DNA from: Vicinamibacterales bacterium
GTDB lineage: Bacteria; Acidobacteriota; Vicinamibacteria; Vicinamibacterales; UBA2999
Assembly: GCA_050187355.1 (NCBI GenBank)
Contig: JBFWXO010000005.1
Coordinates: 146,502-210,501 of the forward strand
Reading direction: 5' to 3'
Length of the DNA stretch: 64,000 nt
The first letter of the stretch is position 1, and each line of letters begins with the position of its first letter. The position numbers were made by a program, and so were the translations under genes. Shown piece after piece: positions 1-9,951 of this stretch. The notes under the pieces were generated by a model. It saw nothing but the letters and a program-made list of their open reading frames with translations, searched no databases and was not told the DNA's origin.

Positions 1-428
1 CGGCCCTGGGGCGTCAGCAGCAGGTGCTCAGGACCGAGCGCCCCGCTGGCCACGTCGCGCGCCTGGGTCGAGAGCAGCGCCGCCGTGGGCAGGAGCTGGC
101 GCAGCAGCAGCATGACCACGCCGATGTCCAGCGTGAGGTTCTCGGACTCGGCCACGTCGAGGACGTCGGCCAGGCGCCACGCCGGCACGTAGTCCGAGAC
201 GACCGCGACGCTGGGGCCGTCCACCTCCACGCGGTGCACGCGGGCGTAGGAGGTCAGGCGCTTGCCCTGCAGTTGCACGGCGCGGTCCTGCAGCGCGGTC
301 CGGAACCCGTCGTGGCCCGCCAGGGCCTGGTCCAGGAGCAGGTACTCGGCGAACGCGGGCTCGCCGCCGCTCGAGCGGACGACGCGCCGGCCGAAGCCGT
401 CGGCGAAGACTGGGGACGACGCGCTCAT
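1..428 (-). CDS. Protein-kinase-like (possibly pseudokinase) domain protein. Only the N-terminal part is present because the 3' end runs off the window.
   Basis: There is a reverse-strand ATG at 426-428. My own translation is MSASSPVFADGFGRRVV...VSDYVPAWRLADVLD...LLRQLLPTAALL...GALGPEHLLLTPQGR. GC3 is high. A kinase-lobe-like 'L.PE.LLL' segment is present but no HRD motif. The ORF is open at the window edge, so it is absent from the ORF track. Confidence 0.45.
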   Translation of the reverse strand, partial: MSASSPVFADGFGRRVVRSSGGEPAFAEYLLLDQALAGHDGFRTALQDRAVQLQGKRLTSYARVHRVEVDGPSVAVVSDYVPAWRLADVLDVAESENLTLDIGVVMLLLRQLLPTAALLSTQARDVASGALGPEHLLLTPQG

Positions 429-717
429 CCGATGGGGTTATCGGCTCCGTCATCAAAGTCCGCACCACCCCGGCGCGCATCGCCGGAAGGCGCAGCCTCG
501 GGCAGGGCCGGGCCGCCCGCGCCTCGCCAGCTGGCCAGCGCCGGCGCCCCGGGCACGTCGTCGCCGACAATACTGGCAGCGGTCCGACGGTTTCGTCATC
601 GACGGGGATCAGAATTCGCCGCCGGCGGGCGGCGGCGCTGCTACACTGCCAGGAACTGCACGGTTCTGCCGGAAACCTCGCGCGGCAGCCACGGCCAGGC
701 CGCGCCCCTGACGACCC

Positions 718-2232
718 ATGGACTCGATGGCGCTGATGGCACTGGTGGCGGGATTGGCGCTGGGCGCCCTGGCGGCCTGGGTACTCGCCCGGGTCCAGTT
801 CCGGCGCGAGCTGACCGAGTCGCTCTCCACCCACCAGGCCACGGTGAGCGCCGCGCAGGCACTCTTCCACCAGACCACGCGCCGCCTCGGCGAGGTGCAG
901 ACCGAGCTGTCGCGGGCGCGCGACGACGTCGACCGCGCGCGGGCCGAGAGCGCGTCGCTGCGCGAGGACCTGGCCCGGACGGGCGCGGAACTCGCGCACG
1001 AGCGCGAGGTGGTGCCGAAGCAGCTCCAGGTGCTCACCCAGGCGCAGGACCAGCTGCGCGACAGCTTCCAGGCGCTGGCCGGGGCGGCGCTCAAGACGAG
1101 CAGCGACGAGTTCCTCAAGCTCGCGCAGGAGCGCCTGACGAGCGTCGGGCACCGCGCCATCACCGAGATCGACCGCAAGCAGGACGCCTTCGACGCGCTG
1201 GTCGCGCCCATCCGCGACGTGCTCAAGCAGGTGGACCTGAAGCTGGGCGAGGTGGAGAAGAACCGCGCGGAGACGGGCGCCGAGATCTCGGCCCTGCTCG
1301 AGGCCATCGGCCGCAGCCAGACCCAGCTGCGGGCCGAGACGACGAACCTCGTCCGGGCGCTCCGCACGCCCACCGTGCGCGGCCGCTGGGGCGAGATGCA
1401 GCTGCGCCGCGTCGTCGAGATGGCCGGCATGCTCGAGTACTGCGACTTCGACGAGCAGACCACCACCGCCACCGACGGCGGGCGGATCCGGCCCGACCTG
1501 CTCGTGCGCCTGCCCGGCGGCCGCACGGTGGTGGTCGACGCGAAGGCGCCGCTCGAGGCCTACCTCGACGCGCAGGAGGCGCACGACGACCAGACGCGCG
1601 AGCGAAAGCTGGCCGACCACGCCCGCCAGGTCCGCGATCACATGTCCAAGCTGGGCGCGAAGGCCTACTGGGAACAGTTCCACCCCTCGCCGGAGTTCGT
1701 GGTGATGTTCCTGCCCGGCGAGGCGATCTTCCAGGCGGCACTGCAGCAGGACGCGCGGCTCATCGAGTTCGGGGTGGGCGCGCAGGTGTTCCCGGCGAGC
1801 CCGCTCACGCTCATCGCGCTCCTTCGGGCCGTCGCGCACGGCTGGCGCCAGGAGCGGCTGACGCGCAACGCCGAGCAGGTGAGCCGGCTCGGCCGTGAGC
1901 TATACGACCGGGTGCGGACCCTGACGGACCGCATGGAGACGCTGCGCGGACGCCTCGACGGCACCGTGCGCGCCTTCAACGAGACGGTGGCCACCTACGA
2001 GGGCCGGGTGCTCGTCACGGCACGCCGATTCCGCGATCTGGGCGCCGCGACGGGCGACGAGATCGGACTGGTGGGCGCCGTGGACTCGACGCCGCGCTCG
2101 CCCCACGGGGTCGCGCGCCTGTTCCTGGCCCACGGGAACGCATCGGAGGGCGACGCGGCGGACGCCGGGGAGCCGGACGCACGTCAGCCGTCGGATATGA
2201 TGACCCCAGCCGCCATCGGCCGCGACCGATAG
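718..2232 (+). CDS. rmuC: DNA recombination protein RmuC
   Basis: 504-aa ORF. It has an N-terminal membrane anchor (LMALVAGLALGALAAWVL) and a long coiled-coil region. The C-terminal RmuC-type core shows RGRWGEMQLRRVVEMAGMLEYCDFDEQ and VVVDAKAPLEAY. Confidence 0.85.
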   Translation: MDSMALMALVAGLALGALAAWVLARVQFRRELTESLSTHQATVSAAQALFHQTTRRLGEVQTELSRARDDVDRARAESASLREDLARTGAELAHEREVVPKQLQVLTQAQDQLRDSFQALAGAALKTSSDEFLKLAQERLTSVGHRAITEIDRKQDAFDALVAPIRDVLKQVDLKLGEVEKNRAETGAEISALLEAIGRSQTQLRAETTNLVRALRTPTVRGRWGEMQLRRVVEMAGMLEYCDFDEQTTTATDGGRIRPDLLVRLPGGRTVVVDAKAPLEAYLDAQEAHDDQTRERKLADHARQVRDHMSKLGAKAYWEQFHPSPEFVVMFLPGEAIFQAALQQDARLIEFGVGAQVFPASPLTLIALLRAVAHGWRQERLTRNAEQVSRLGRELYDRVRTLTDRMETLRGRLDGTVRAFNETVATYEGRVLVTARRFRDLGAATGDEIGLVGAVDSTPRSPHGVARLFLAHGNASEGDAADAGEPDARQPSDMMTPAAIGRDR

Positions 2233-2254
2233 CCGGCATCCACGGAGCTCCCCC

Positions 2255-3244
2255 ATGTTCCGACCGTGCGTCGTCACGGCCGCACTCGCCGTCGTAGTGA
2301 GCCTCTCGGCGTGTGGCTCGAATTCCCCGTCCCCATCGTCGACGGACGCGGCCGCCCCTGGCGCCGCCGCGACGCCGACTCCCGCGCCGGTCGAACCCGA
2401 GGCGCGGGGAATCATGGGCGACCCGCTCGTGCCCATGACGCTGCCCGAGGCCGAGCGGCAGCGCCTCGAGGCCAACCTCGCGGCGGCGGAAGCCGAGCTG
2501 GCGAAGTCGCCGGACAGCGCCGACGCCCTCATCTGGGTCGGCCGGCGGCAGGCGTACCTCTGGCAGTACCGCAAGGCCGTCGCGACCTTCACGAAGGGCA
2601 TCGACCGCTTCCCGAGCGACCCGCGCTTCTACCGGCACCGCGGCCACCGCTACATCACGCTGCGCAACTTCGACGCCGCCATCTCCGACTTCGAGAAGGC
2701 CGTGCTGCTCATCGCCGGCACCAAGGACGAAGTCGAACCGGACGGCGCCCCCAACGCGAAGGGCATTCCGCGCAGCACCCTGCACTTCAACATCTGGTAT
2801 CACCTGGGCCTGGCGTATTACCTGCGCGGCGACTTCGCCAACGCGCGGCGCGCGTTCGATCAGTGCCTGGACGTCTCCAAGAACGACGACTCCATCGTCG
2901 CGACCAGCGACTGGCTGTGGATGACGAACATGCGCATGGGCGACAAGGCCGCCGCGGCGAAGGTGCTCGAGCGCATCTCGCCCACGATGGACATCCTCGA
3001 GAACCAGTCGTACCACCGCCGCCTGCTCATGTACAAGGGCGTCGAGAAGCCCGAGGCCCTGCTGGACACGGCCAACGCGGACGACCTGACCATCGCCACG
3101 CAGGGGTACGGCGTCGCCAACTACTACCGCGTGACGGGCGACCTGGCCAAGGCCACCGCGATCTACGACAAGGTGCTCGAGGGCCGTCAGTGGGCGGCCT
3201 TCGGCTACATCGCCGCGGAAGTGGACCGGTCCAAGCTGCCGTAG
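2255..3244 (+). CDS. TPR-repeat lipoprotein
   Basis: Signal peptide with lipobox (VVSLSAC). TPR-like repeats are visible (YRHRGHRYITLRNFDAAISDFEKAV; WYHLGLAYYLRGDFANARRAFDQCL). Confidence 0.7.
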   Translation: MFRPCVVTAALAVVVSLSACGSNSPSPSSTDAAAPGAAATPTPAPVEPEARGIMGDPLVPMTLPEAERQRLEANLAAAEAELAKSPDSADALIWVGRRQAYLWQYRKAVATFTKGIDRFPSDPRFYRHRGHRYITLRNFDAAISDFEKAVLLIAGTKDEVEPDGAPNAKGIPRSTLHFNIWYHLGLAYYLRGDFANARRAFDQCLDVSKNDDSIVATSDWLWMTNMRMGDKAAAAKVLERISPTMDILENQSYHRRLLMYKGVEKPEALLDTANADDLTIATQGYGVANYYRVTGDLAKATAIYDKVLEGRQWAAFGYIAAEVDRSKLP

Positions 3245-3269
3245 TGCGGGCGCGGGGGCGGGCCCGCCC

Positions 3270-4073
3270 TCAGCGCTCGAGCGTGCTGGCGATGCTGGCC
3301 AGGAACTCGTCGGCGATGCGCCGGTAGCCGGCCTCGGTCGGATGCAGGCCGTCCACGCCGATATAGCGGTTCAGGTCCTGCGACAGGGCCGCGTAGAGAT
3401 CCACGCCCACCGCGCCCTCGCCGCGCACGACGATGGAGAGCTGGTCGTTGTAGCTGCGAATCGCGGCGTCGGGCACCGAACGCTGCCGGCCCTGGATCGA
3501 CGGCGGCAGGTAGGCGATGAACACCCGGGCGCCGCGGCGCCGGCCCTCGCGGGCGAGTTCGTTCATGCCGCCGATGGCGGCCGACACGCCGTTGGCGCCG
3601 TAGTTCAACAGGTCCTCCGCGCCGTCGAGCAGCAGGAGCGCGTCGGCCCCGCGCGCGGCGTTGGCGAGCAGGTCGGCGAGCCGGGGCGCCGCGGCGCTGG
3701 CCAGTTCCGGCGCGCCGGCGTTCATCACCGAGATCTGCCCTGCCTGCGACGTGTAGCGCGAGCGCAGCCGGTCCTGCAGCTGGGCGGGATAGGAGGCCGA
3801 CGGGACGACCACGAAGGGCACGGCGCCGACGCCGTTGACGGGCGCGGTGACCTCTCCCGCCGTGATGCTGTCGCCGAAGGCCAGGAACCGGGTGCCCGAC
3901 AGCGTGGCCGTCGTGGGCGGCAGGCTGGAGCCGGCGCCGCCGCCGGGATCGTCGGTGCCCGTCGCCGACGTGGGGGACTCGTCGCACGCGCCCGTCGCCA
4001 GTCCCGCCGCGAGCACGAGAACGCCGGCCGCCGCGGCCCACCTGCTCCTCGCGATCCGATGCCCGCTGCTCAT
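3270..4073 (-). CDS. SGNH/GDSL-family hydrolase lipoprotein
   Basis: GDSL block FLAFGDSITAGE. Lipobox LATGAC after a signal anchor. The start was moved to the internal ATG at 4071-4073, which is preceded by GGAGG. The ORF-track start at 4220 would overlap the divergent gene. Confidence 0.8.
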   Translation of the reverse strand: MSSGHRIARSRWAAAAGVLVLAAGLATGACDESPTSATGTDDPGGGAGSSLPPTTATLSGTRFLAFGDSITAGEVTAPVNGVGAVPFVVVPSASYPAQLQDRLRSRYTSQAGQISVMNAGAPELASAAAPRLADLLANAARGADALLLLDGAEDLLNYGANGVSAAIGGMNELAREGRRRGARVFIAYLPPSIQGRQRSVPDAAIRSYNDQLSIVVRGEGAVGVDLYAALSQDLNRYIGVDGLHPTEAGYRRIADEFLASIASTLER

Positions 4074-4205
4074 CACGCCGCCTCCTGCCAGTCCCGTGGA
4101 TGACCGGCGTGCCGGGCCCTCGGCGCGCGACGGGTAGCAGCGCGACGCCGGGGCGGGGGAGGCCTCACGCGTCCCCGACTGTAGTGCAAAACGCGCCGGC
4201 GCCGG

Positions 4206-4211
4206 TAGACT
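4206..4211 (+). promoter_or_regulatory. -10-like hexamer TAGACT, 7 nt upstream of the ATG at 4219. This suggests a possible leaderless mRNA.
   Basis: The sequence reads ccggTAGACTggcgcgcATG, and no SD lies between the hexamer and the start codon. Confidence 0.3.
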
Positions 4212-4218
4212 GGCGCGC

Positions 4219-5742
4219 ATGCCGCGCCTCCTGCCGTCCCGGTTGCTCGCGCTCGCGGCCGTGGTCCTCGCGGCGGCGTCCGCCGGCGCGCAGCCCGCGC
4301 CCCTGTCCGGCTTCGACGGCTACGTCGAACGCGCCGTCCGCGAGTGGAAGATCCCGGGCCTGGCGGTGGCCGTCGTGAAGGACGGCGAGATCGTCTTCGC
4401 CAAGGGCTACGGCGTCCGCCGCCTGGGCTCGCCCGAGCCGGTGGACGATCGAACGCTCTTCGCGATCGGCTCGACCACGAAGGCCATGACGGCCGCCGCC
4501 CTCGGCATGCTGGTGGACGAGGGGACGCTGCACTGGGACGACCGCGTCGTGACCCACCTGCCGTGGTTCGCGCTGAAGGATCCCTACGCCACGCGCGAGC
4601 TGCGCATTCGCGACCTGCTCACCCACCGGGGCGGGCTGCCCAACACCGACGCGCTCTGGTACGAGCAGCCGCGCAGCGCCCGCCAGGTGATCGAGGGCCT
4701 GCGCGAGGTGGACCTCGAGACGTCCATGCGGTCCCACTTCACCTACCAGAACGTGATGTACGCGACGGCCGGCGAAGTGGTGGCCGCGGTCAGCGGCATC
4801 CCGTGGACGGAGTTCGTCACGACGCGGATCTTCAAGCCGCTCGGCATGACCGGGACGATCGCCACCGCGGCCACGCTCGATCGGCAGCCCAACGTGGCGC
4901 AGCCGCACTTCGAGATCGACGGGACGGTCGAGGTCATCAGGAACGCCAGCGTGGACAGCGTGGCCCCGGCCGGCGCGGTGTGGTCCAGCGTCCGCGACAT
5001 GGCGCGCTGGTCGGCGCTGCTGCTGGCGGGCGGCGTCGTGACGGGCACCGGCAGCGCAGGCCCGCGGCTGCTGAGCGAGAAGGTCGTCACGGAGCTCTTC
5101 ACGCCCCAGACGATGGTCGGGCCGGACGGCTTCTACCCGACGGCGCGCCTCACCCGGCCGCGCTGGACCACCTACGGCCTGGGGTGGTTCCAGGAGGACT
5201 ACGCCGGGGAGAAGGTGGATTTCCACACCGGCAGCATCGACGGGATGGTGGCCATCCACGGACTGATCCGGGACCGCAACCTGGGCGTGTTCGTCCTGGC
5301 CAACCTGGACCACGCCGAGCTGCGGCACGCGCTGATGTACCGGGTGTTCGATGCCTATCTCGGCCGGCCGGCCCGCGACTGGAGCGCCGACGTGCACGCG
5401 CTCTACGACGGACTGGCGAAGGAAGGCGAGGCGCAGCGGAAGAAGGCCGAGGCCGTGCGCGTCGCCGGCACGTCCCCGTCACTGCCGCTCGACCGCTACG
5501 CCGGCACCTACGAGCACCCGGCCTACGGATCGCTCACCGTCGCGCGCGACGGCCCGGGCCTGCGCCTGGGGTTCGGCGCCGGCTACGCCGGGCCGCTCAC
5601 CCACTTCCACTACGACACGTTCACGGCCACGTGGGACGCCCGCTGGCGCGGCACCGACCGGGTGACGTTCCAGATCGACGGCCAGGGCCTGGCCGCCGCC
5701 ATCGTGACGCCGTTCGGCACCTTCACGCGGCGACAGCCGTAA
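4219..5742 (+). CDS. Serine hydrolase of the beta-lactamase / penicillin-binding-protein-like family (class C-like), secreted
   Basis: Signal peptide is present. The S-x-x-K active-site motif occurs in FAIGSTTKAMTAAALGMLVDEG. The protein is 507 aa with a C-terminal extension typical of this family. Confidence 0.8.
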   Translation: MPRLLPSRLLALAAVVLAAASAGAQPAPLSGFDGYVERAVREWKIPGLAVAVVKDGEIVFAKGYGVRRLGSPEPVDDRTLFAIGSTTKAMTAAALGMLVDEGTLHWDDRVVTHLPWFALKDPYATRELRIRDLLTHRGGLPNTDALWYEQPRSARQVIEGLREVDLETSMRSHFTYQNVMYATAGEVVAAVSGIPWTEFVTTRIFKPLGMTGTIATAATLDRQPNVAQPHFEIDGTVEVIRNASVDSVAPAGAVWSSVRDMARWSALLLAGGVVTGTGSAGPRLLSEKVVTELFTPQTMVGPDGFYPTARLTRPRWTTYGLGWFQEDYAGEKVDFHTGSIDGMVAIHGLIRDRNLGVFVLANLDHAELRHALMYRVFDAYLGRPARDWSADVHALYDGLAKEGEAQRKKAEAVRVAGTSPSLPLDRYAGTYEHPAYGSLTVARDGPGLRLGFGAGYAGPLTHFHYDTFTATWDARWRGTDRVTFQIDGQGLAAAIVTPFGTFTRRQP

Positions 5743-5806
5743 CCCGACGCCCGCGGCCCGGCGCCGTCCAGGGGTCCCGGAAGCGGCGCTCCGGGCGCCC
5801 GGCCGT

Positions 5807-6529
5807 TCACGCCGGCGCCCGTTCTCCCGCCGGCGCCGGCCGCGCCGTCCCCGACGCGGGGCGGACGCTGATCCGGTAGCCGCTCCACGTCATCAGCATG
5901 CCGATGAGCTCGGTGACGTACAGCACCTCCACGTGCCCCATCCGCGTGGCCGTCCCGCCGATGCCCGGCAGGAGCGCGCCCACGGCGATGAGCACGTTGG
6001 CCCACATGCGGTGGCGGGTGGCCGGATCGCTGCTGTACTTCACGGCCGAGAGGATCGCGCCCCCGATCAGGAAGATGACGGCGTAGATGTTCACGATCGG
6101 GCTGAAGAGGCGCACCCACTGCCACTCGAAGACCCGGCCGCTCAGGCGGTACGTCTCCACGGCGCTGTAGTCGATGGGCGACAGGCACACGGCCACCGAC
6201 GCCGCGATCACGTAGACGATGAGCAGCGTCGTGAGCGCGTGCGCCGCCTTCCGGCCGAGCATCAGGTAGACGGTGCCCTGGGCCAGCGGCGCGCCGCCGA
6301 GGAGCGCGCCCGAGATGTACCAGGCCCGGAACACGACTGGGTTCCAGCCCAGGAGCGTCGTCGTCGCCTCGGTGAAGGTGCCGATGCCGTAGGTGGCGAT
6401 GCCGATCGCCCACCAGAGCAGGTGCAGGCGATCGGGGAACTGCCGGTAGCGCCGGAAGATCTCCAGCGAGAACGGCACCGCGAGCACCGTCGTGACGATC
6501 GGAATGAAGTGGACGGCCGAGGGACCCAT
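5807..6529 (-). CDS. Polytopic inner-membrane protein of unknown function
   Basis: There are several hydrophobic helices (IPIVTTVLAVPFSLEIF, LLWWAIGIATYGIG, IVYVIAASVAVCL, IYAVIFLIGGAIL...). The start was moved to the ATG at 6527-6529, which is preceded by GAGGAG. Confidence 0.65.
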   Translation of the reverse strand: MGPSAVHFIPIVTTVLAVPFSLEIFRRYRQFPDRLHLLWWAIGIATYGIGTFTEATTTLLGWNPVVFRAWYISGALLGGAPLAQGTVYLMLGRKAAHALTTLLIVYVIAASVAVCLSPIDYSAVETYRLSGRVFEWQWVRLFSPIVNIYAVIFLIGGAILSAVKYSSDPATRHRMWANVLIAVGALLPGIGGTATRMGHVEVLYVTELIGMLMTWSGYRISVRPASGTARPAPAGERAPA

Positions 6530-6554
6530 GTTCGTGCTCCTCTCGCTGTGACGG

Positions 6555-9194
6555 TCAGAAGGCGCCGATGTTGAGGCCGACCGTGAAGCTCCGGCCCCGC
6601 GCGGGCGCGAACTGGAACTGCTCACGGTAATAGCGGTCGCCCAGGTTCTCGACGGCGAAGGTCACGCCGACACGGTGGCGATCGCGGGACAGGTTCACGC
6701 CCCACGCCAGGCGGTGCACCGCGAAGCCGTCGAGCGCCAGCAGATCCTGCGGAATGATGAACGGCGAGTCCAGCAGCGTCAGGGCCACGCGGTCCACCTT
6801 GCCCTGCGCCCGCACGCCGTACTCGACCCAGTAGCGGCCGCGGGGCTCGGTGTAGCGCGCCGACGCCACGACCTTCGACGGCGTGATGTTGTCGGCGGGC
6901 GTGTCGGCCAGGTCCTGGCCGGTCGGGCCCTGCCCCTTGGTGATGGTCCCGCGGGTGAAGGCGGTCGAGACCCCCAGCGACCACACCCCGTAGGTCGTGA
7001 CGATGGGCGCGTCCAGGGAGGCCTCGACGCCGCGGATGCGGACGTCGCCGAAATTCAGGGCCTGGGCGAGCGGCCCGGCCGGCGTGGTGGCCACGACCAG
7101 ATCCTGGGCGATGAAGTTCTTGTACTGGTTCACGAATCCATAGATGCCGCCGGTGACGCGGCCGGTCGCGAACTTGGCGCCGATGTCGAAGTTGTTGCCG
7201 GTCTCGGGCTTCACCTTGATGTTCGGCGCCAGGTTGCCCGCCGTGGCCGGGCCGGCGAAGAGCAGCTCCTCGAGGTTCGGGTGGCGGTAGCTCCGGCCGA
7301 AGCGCACGAAGGGGCTGACCGCGCCGCCGGGGTTCCCCACGAGGCCGATGTCGCCAGTGAGGGCGTTCCTGGTGATCGACTCGCCGGCCGGGTCGGGCAG
7401 CGTCGCGGGATCGACGGCGGGCGTGGCCCCGGCGACCACCGGCGCCACGTCGTAGCCGGGCGTGTTCTTCGTGGTCACGTCGTAGAAGTCGCCGCGCAGG
7501 CCGCCGATGATCGACAGGCGCGGCGCGACCCGCCATTCGTCCTGCGCGAAGACCGCGACATCGCGCAGCGCCGCGTCCGGCACGCGCACCGGGTGCGCCA
7601 CCGACGGCGGTCCGAGCTGCACGGGCGACGGGAAGACGACGGGCGCGGGGCCGCGGGCGCCGAGAATCACCTGCCCGAGCATCGAGGTGGTGGTGGAGGT
7701 CGTGCGGCGATCGCTGCTCCGGTCGCGGTAGAACGTCAGGCCCGTCGTCAGCACGTGGTTCGACGCCGGCGTCAGCACCGCCTGCAGGTCCACGCCCGGC
7801 GTCCAGACGCGCTGTTCGGTCTGGGAGAGGATCGACAGCCGGAACACCGTGATCGGGAAGAACGTGGCCGCCGTCGGCGCCGGGAACTGCACCGGCAGCG
7901 TGTTCTCCAGCAGGCGTTCCACGCGCTGGTAGTACGCCGTCAGCGAGAGGTTCGCCAGCCAGGGCGTGATCGCCTGGGCCTCGTAGCGCGCCGAGATCTT
8001 GTCGAGGCTGCTGTTGGGCAGCGAGGTGGCGTTGAAGAAGTACGGCTGGGCGAAGTCGGGGAAGCCGATGTCCTCCACGCGGCGCCGCTGGTAGCGGACG
8101 CGCAGGCGCCGGTTGTCCCCCAGGCGGACCAGCCCGGTGGCGTTCACGAAGTTCCCCTTGGCCTGCGAGTTGGGCACCGTGTTGTCGGTGCGCACGTAGG
8201 GCGTGTTGAAGGGGTCGGGGAACGCGCGGAAGTTGAACCCGAAGTTCGAGTCGATCGTGTCCGCCTGGACGATCTGGCGGGACGCGAAGAACGGGTTCGT
8301 GTCCTCCACGTCGAGGCTGCCCGCCTTGTAGTTGTCGTACGCCTCGGCGCCGGCCTGCAGCCGGAAGGCGTAGCGCGGCGCGGTGGCGCCGATGGACACG
8401 CTGCCGCGGCGGCCGTTCTCGTTCGAGCTGTAGAAGCTGTTCAGGCCGTAGATCCACTGCGTGGACGGGCTGAAGCCGGGTTCGTTGGTGACGATGTTGA
8501 CCGTGCCGGCCAGCGCGTCCGACCCGTAGAGCAAGGTGCCGGCGCCGTTGACGATCTCGATGCGGTTGATGCTGTCGGTGGGAATGAGGCCCACCTCCGC
8601 GCCCGTGCGGTCCGTGGCCTGGCGCGCCGTGTTCAGGCGCTCCCCGTCCACCAGCACCAGCATGCGCGTGGAGTCGAGGCCGCGCAGGCGCGGCCGCACG
8701 CCGAACGGGCCGTTGCCCACCGGGGTGACGTTGGGCGCCATCGACAGCGCGTCGCCCGTGGACAGGGGGTTGGCCTGCTCGATGGCCGCGGCCCCCAGCG
8801 ATTCCACGTGCAGCGGGATCTGCTTGATCTCGCGCTCGGCGCGCGCGGCCGTCACGCTGACGGCGCTCGCGAAGGACCCGAGCTCCAGCGTGAGCGTCAG
8901 GTCGACGGCCGCGTCATCCGTGTCGAGCGTCACCGTCCGCGCGGCTTCGGCGAAGGCGGCCCGCTCGACGAGCACCAGGTAGGTGCCGGCCCCCGGCGCC
9001 TGGATCTCGAAGCGGCCGTCCGCCCCCGACTGTCCTTCCACTTCCTGGCCCGAGGCCACCGACCGCACCACGACGCGGGCGTCGGGCAGGGCCGCGCCGG
9101 TCGAATCGGTGACCACGCCCCGCACGGTGGCGGCCGACGCCGGCAGCACACCAAGCACCATCGCCACGAACGTTCCGAGAATACGCGCACGCAT
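6555..9194 (-). CDS. TonB-dependent receptor with an N-terminal carboxypeptidase-regulatory-like domain
   Basis: Signal peptide MRARILGTFVAMVLGVLPASA. CarboxypepD_reg-like segment TVRGVVTDSTGAALPDARVVV...GRFEI. Plug-like region (RIEIVNGAGTLLYGSDALAGTVNIV). Long beta-barrel ending in ...FTVGLNIGAF with a terminal Phe. Confidence 0.85.
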   Translation of the reverse strand: MRARILGTFVAMVLGVLPASAATVRGVVTDSTGAALPDARVVVRSVASGQEVEGQSGADGRFEIQAPGAGTYLVLVERAAFAEAARTVTLDTDDAAVDLTLTLELGSFASAVSVTAARAEREIKQIPLHVESLGAAAIEQANPLSTGDALSMAPNVTPVGNGPFGVRPRLRGLDSTRMLVLVDGERLNTARQATDRTGAEVGLIPTDSINRIEIVNGAGTLLYGSDALAGTVNIVTNEPGFSPSTQWIYGLNSFYSSNENGRRGSVSIGATAPRYAFRLQAGAEAYDNYKAGSLDVEDTNPFFASRQIVQADTIDSNFGFNFRAFPDPFNTPYVRTDNTVPNSQAKGNFVNATGLVRLGDNRRLRVRYQRRRVEDIGFPDFAQPYFFNATSLPNSSLDKISARYEAQAITPWLANLSLTAYYQRVERLLENTLPVQFPAPTAATFFPITVFRLSILSQTEQRVWTPGVDLQAVLTPASNHVLTTGLTFYRDRSSDRRTTSTTTSMLGQVILGARGPAPVVFPSPVQLGPPSVAHPVRVPDAALRDVAVFAQDEWRVAPRLSIIGGLRGDFYDVTTKNTPGYDVAPVVAGATPAVDPATLPDPAGESITRNALTGDIGLVGNPGGAVSPFVRFGRSYRHPNLEELLFAGPATAGNLAPNIKVKPETGNNFDIGAKFATGRVTGGIYGFVNQYKNFIAQDLVVATTPAGPLAQALNFGDVRIRGVEASLDAPIVTTYGVWSLGVSTAFTRGTITKGQGPTGQDLADTPADNITPSKVVASARYTEPRGRYWVEYGVRAQGKVDRVALTLLDSPFIIPQDLLALDGFAVHRLAWGVNLSRDRHRVGVTFAVENLGDRYYREQFQFAPARGRSFTVGLNIGAF

Positions 9195-9332
9195 GACAGG
9201 ACTCCGCTTGTGTTCGGGCGCGCCCATCGGCACACCCTGGCGCGCCGTCGCGCGCCCTTGAACCCGCTGCTCTCGCTCGCCCGCATGTCCGCGGGCGGCG
9301 TCTTCCGAAGGGATCCCCGGCCGGGGAGGGAC

Positions 9333-9806
9333 CTAGGCGACCGGCGGCGGGCGGGGCAGGAAGTGCGGGCCGGCCTTGCAGCGATCGGGGCCGGCGGGCG
9401 GGAGGGCGCAGGGCGCCCACGCGAGCGCGGGCGGGAGGGTGTTGCGGGCCGTCAGCGCCAGCGCCGCGGCCACCAGGAGGCCGAGGCCGGCCACCGAGAG
9501 CAGGGCCTGCGCCAGGCTGGTGACCGCTTCCGGCACGGCCGGCGTCGCGAACCGATCGGCGTCGGCGGCCAGGGCCGGGCCGTGCAGCAGGGCGGCGAGC
9601 ACCCAGATGGCCACGGACTGCCGGCCCAGGACCGGAATGCCACGGTGCCGACAGAGCACGAGGCCGGCTGCGAGGGCCACGCCCAGCGCCCAACGGCCGA
9701 TCGTCGCGGGGTCGGCGAGCTGGCCGCTCCAGGCCTGCTGCCCGAAGAGCCACAGGTGGAACGTGCCGAGCAGCGCGCCGACGGCGAACGCCGAGCGACG
9801 AATCAC
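9333..9806 (-). CDS. Hypothetical membrane protein
   Basis: 157-aa ORF with about 4 hydrophobic segments and high GC3. It is divergent from qhpG. Confidence 0.5.
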   Translation of the reverse strand: MIRRSAFAVGALLGTFHLWLFGQQAWSGQLADPATIGRWALGVALAAGLVLCRHRGIPVLGRQSVAIWVLAALLHGPALAADADRFATPAVPEAVTSLAQALLSVAGLGLLVAAALALTARNTLPPALAWAPCALPPAGPDRCKAGPHFLPRPPPVA

Positions 9807-9951
9807 CCGGATATTCTAGCGGGACTTCCACGCCGCTTACAGCTTTGTCGGGAGCGGACGGGCGCCGGGCTGGCGACAGGTGGTGTCGGACCGTGCACGT
9901 CGTTTTGGCGAAGCGTGGGGCTTTCCGCGACACTGGGGGTCGACGTCCGCG

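Noticed and set aside
9195-9332. A possible riboswitch or regulatory RNA upstream of the TonB-dependent receptor gene.
   Set aside because: The gap is 138 bp with only a short palindrome (tccccggccgggga). That palindrome is better explained as the transcription end of the upstream membrane-protein gene. No cobalamin-, TPP- or other riboswitch-like motif was seen.
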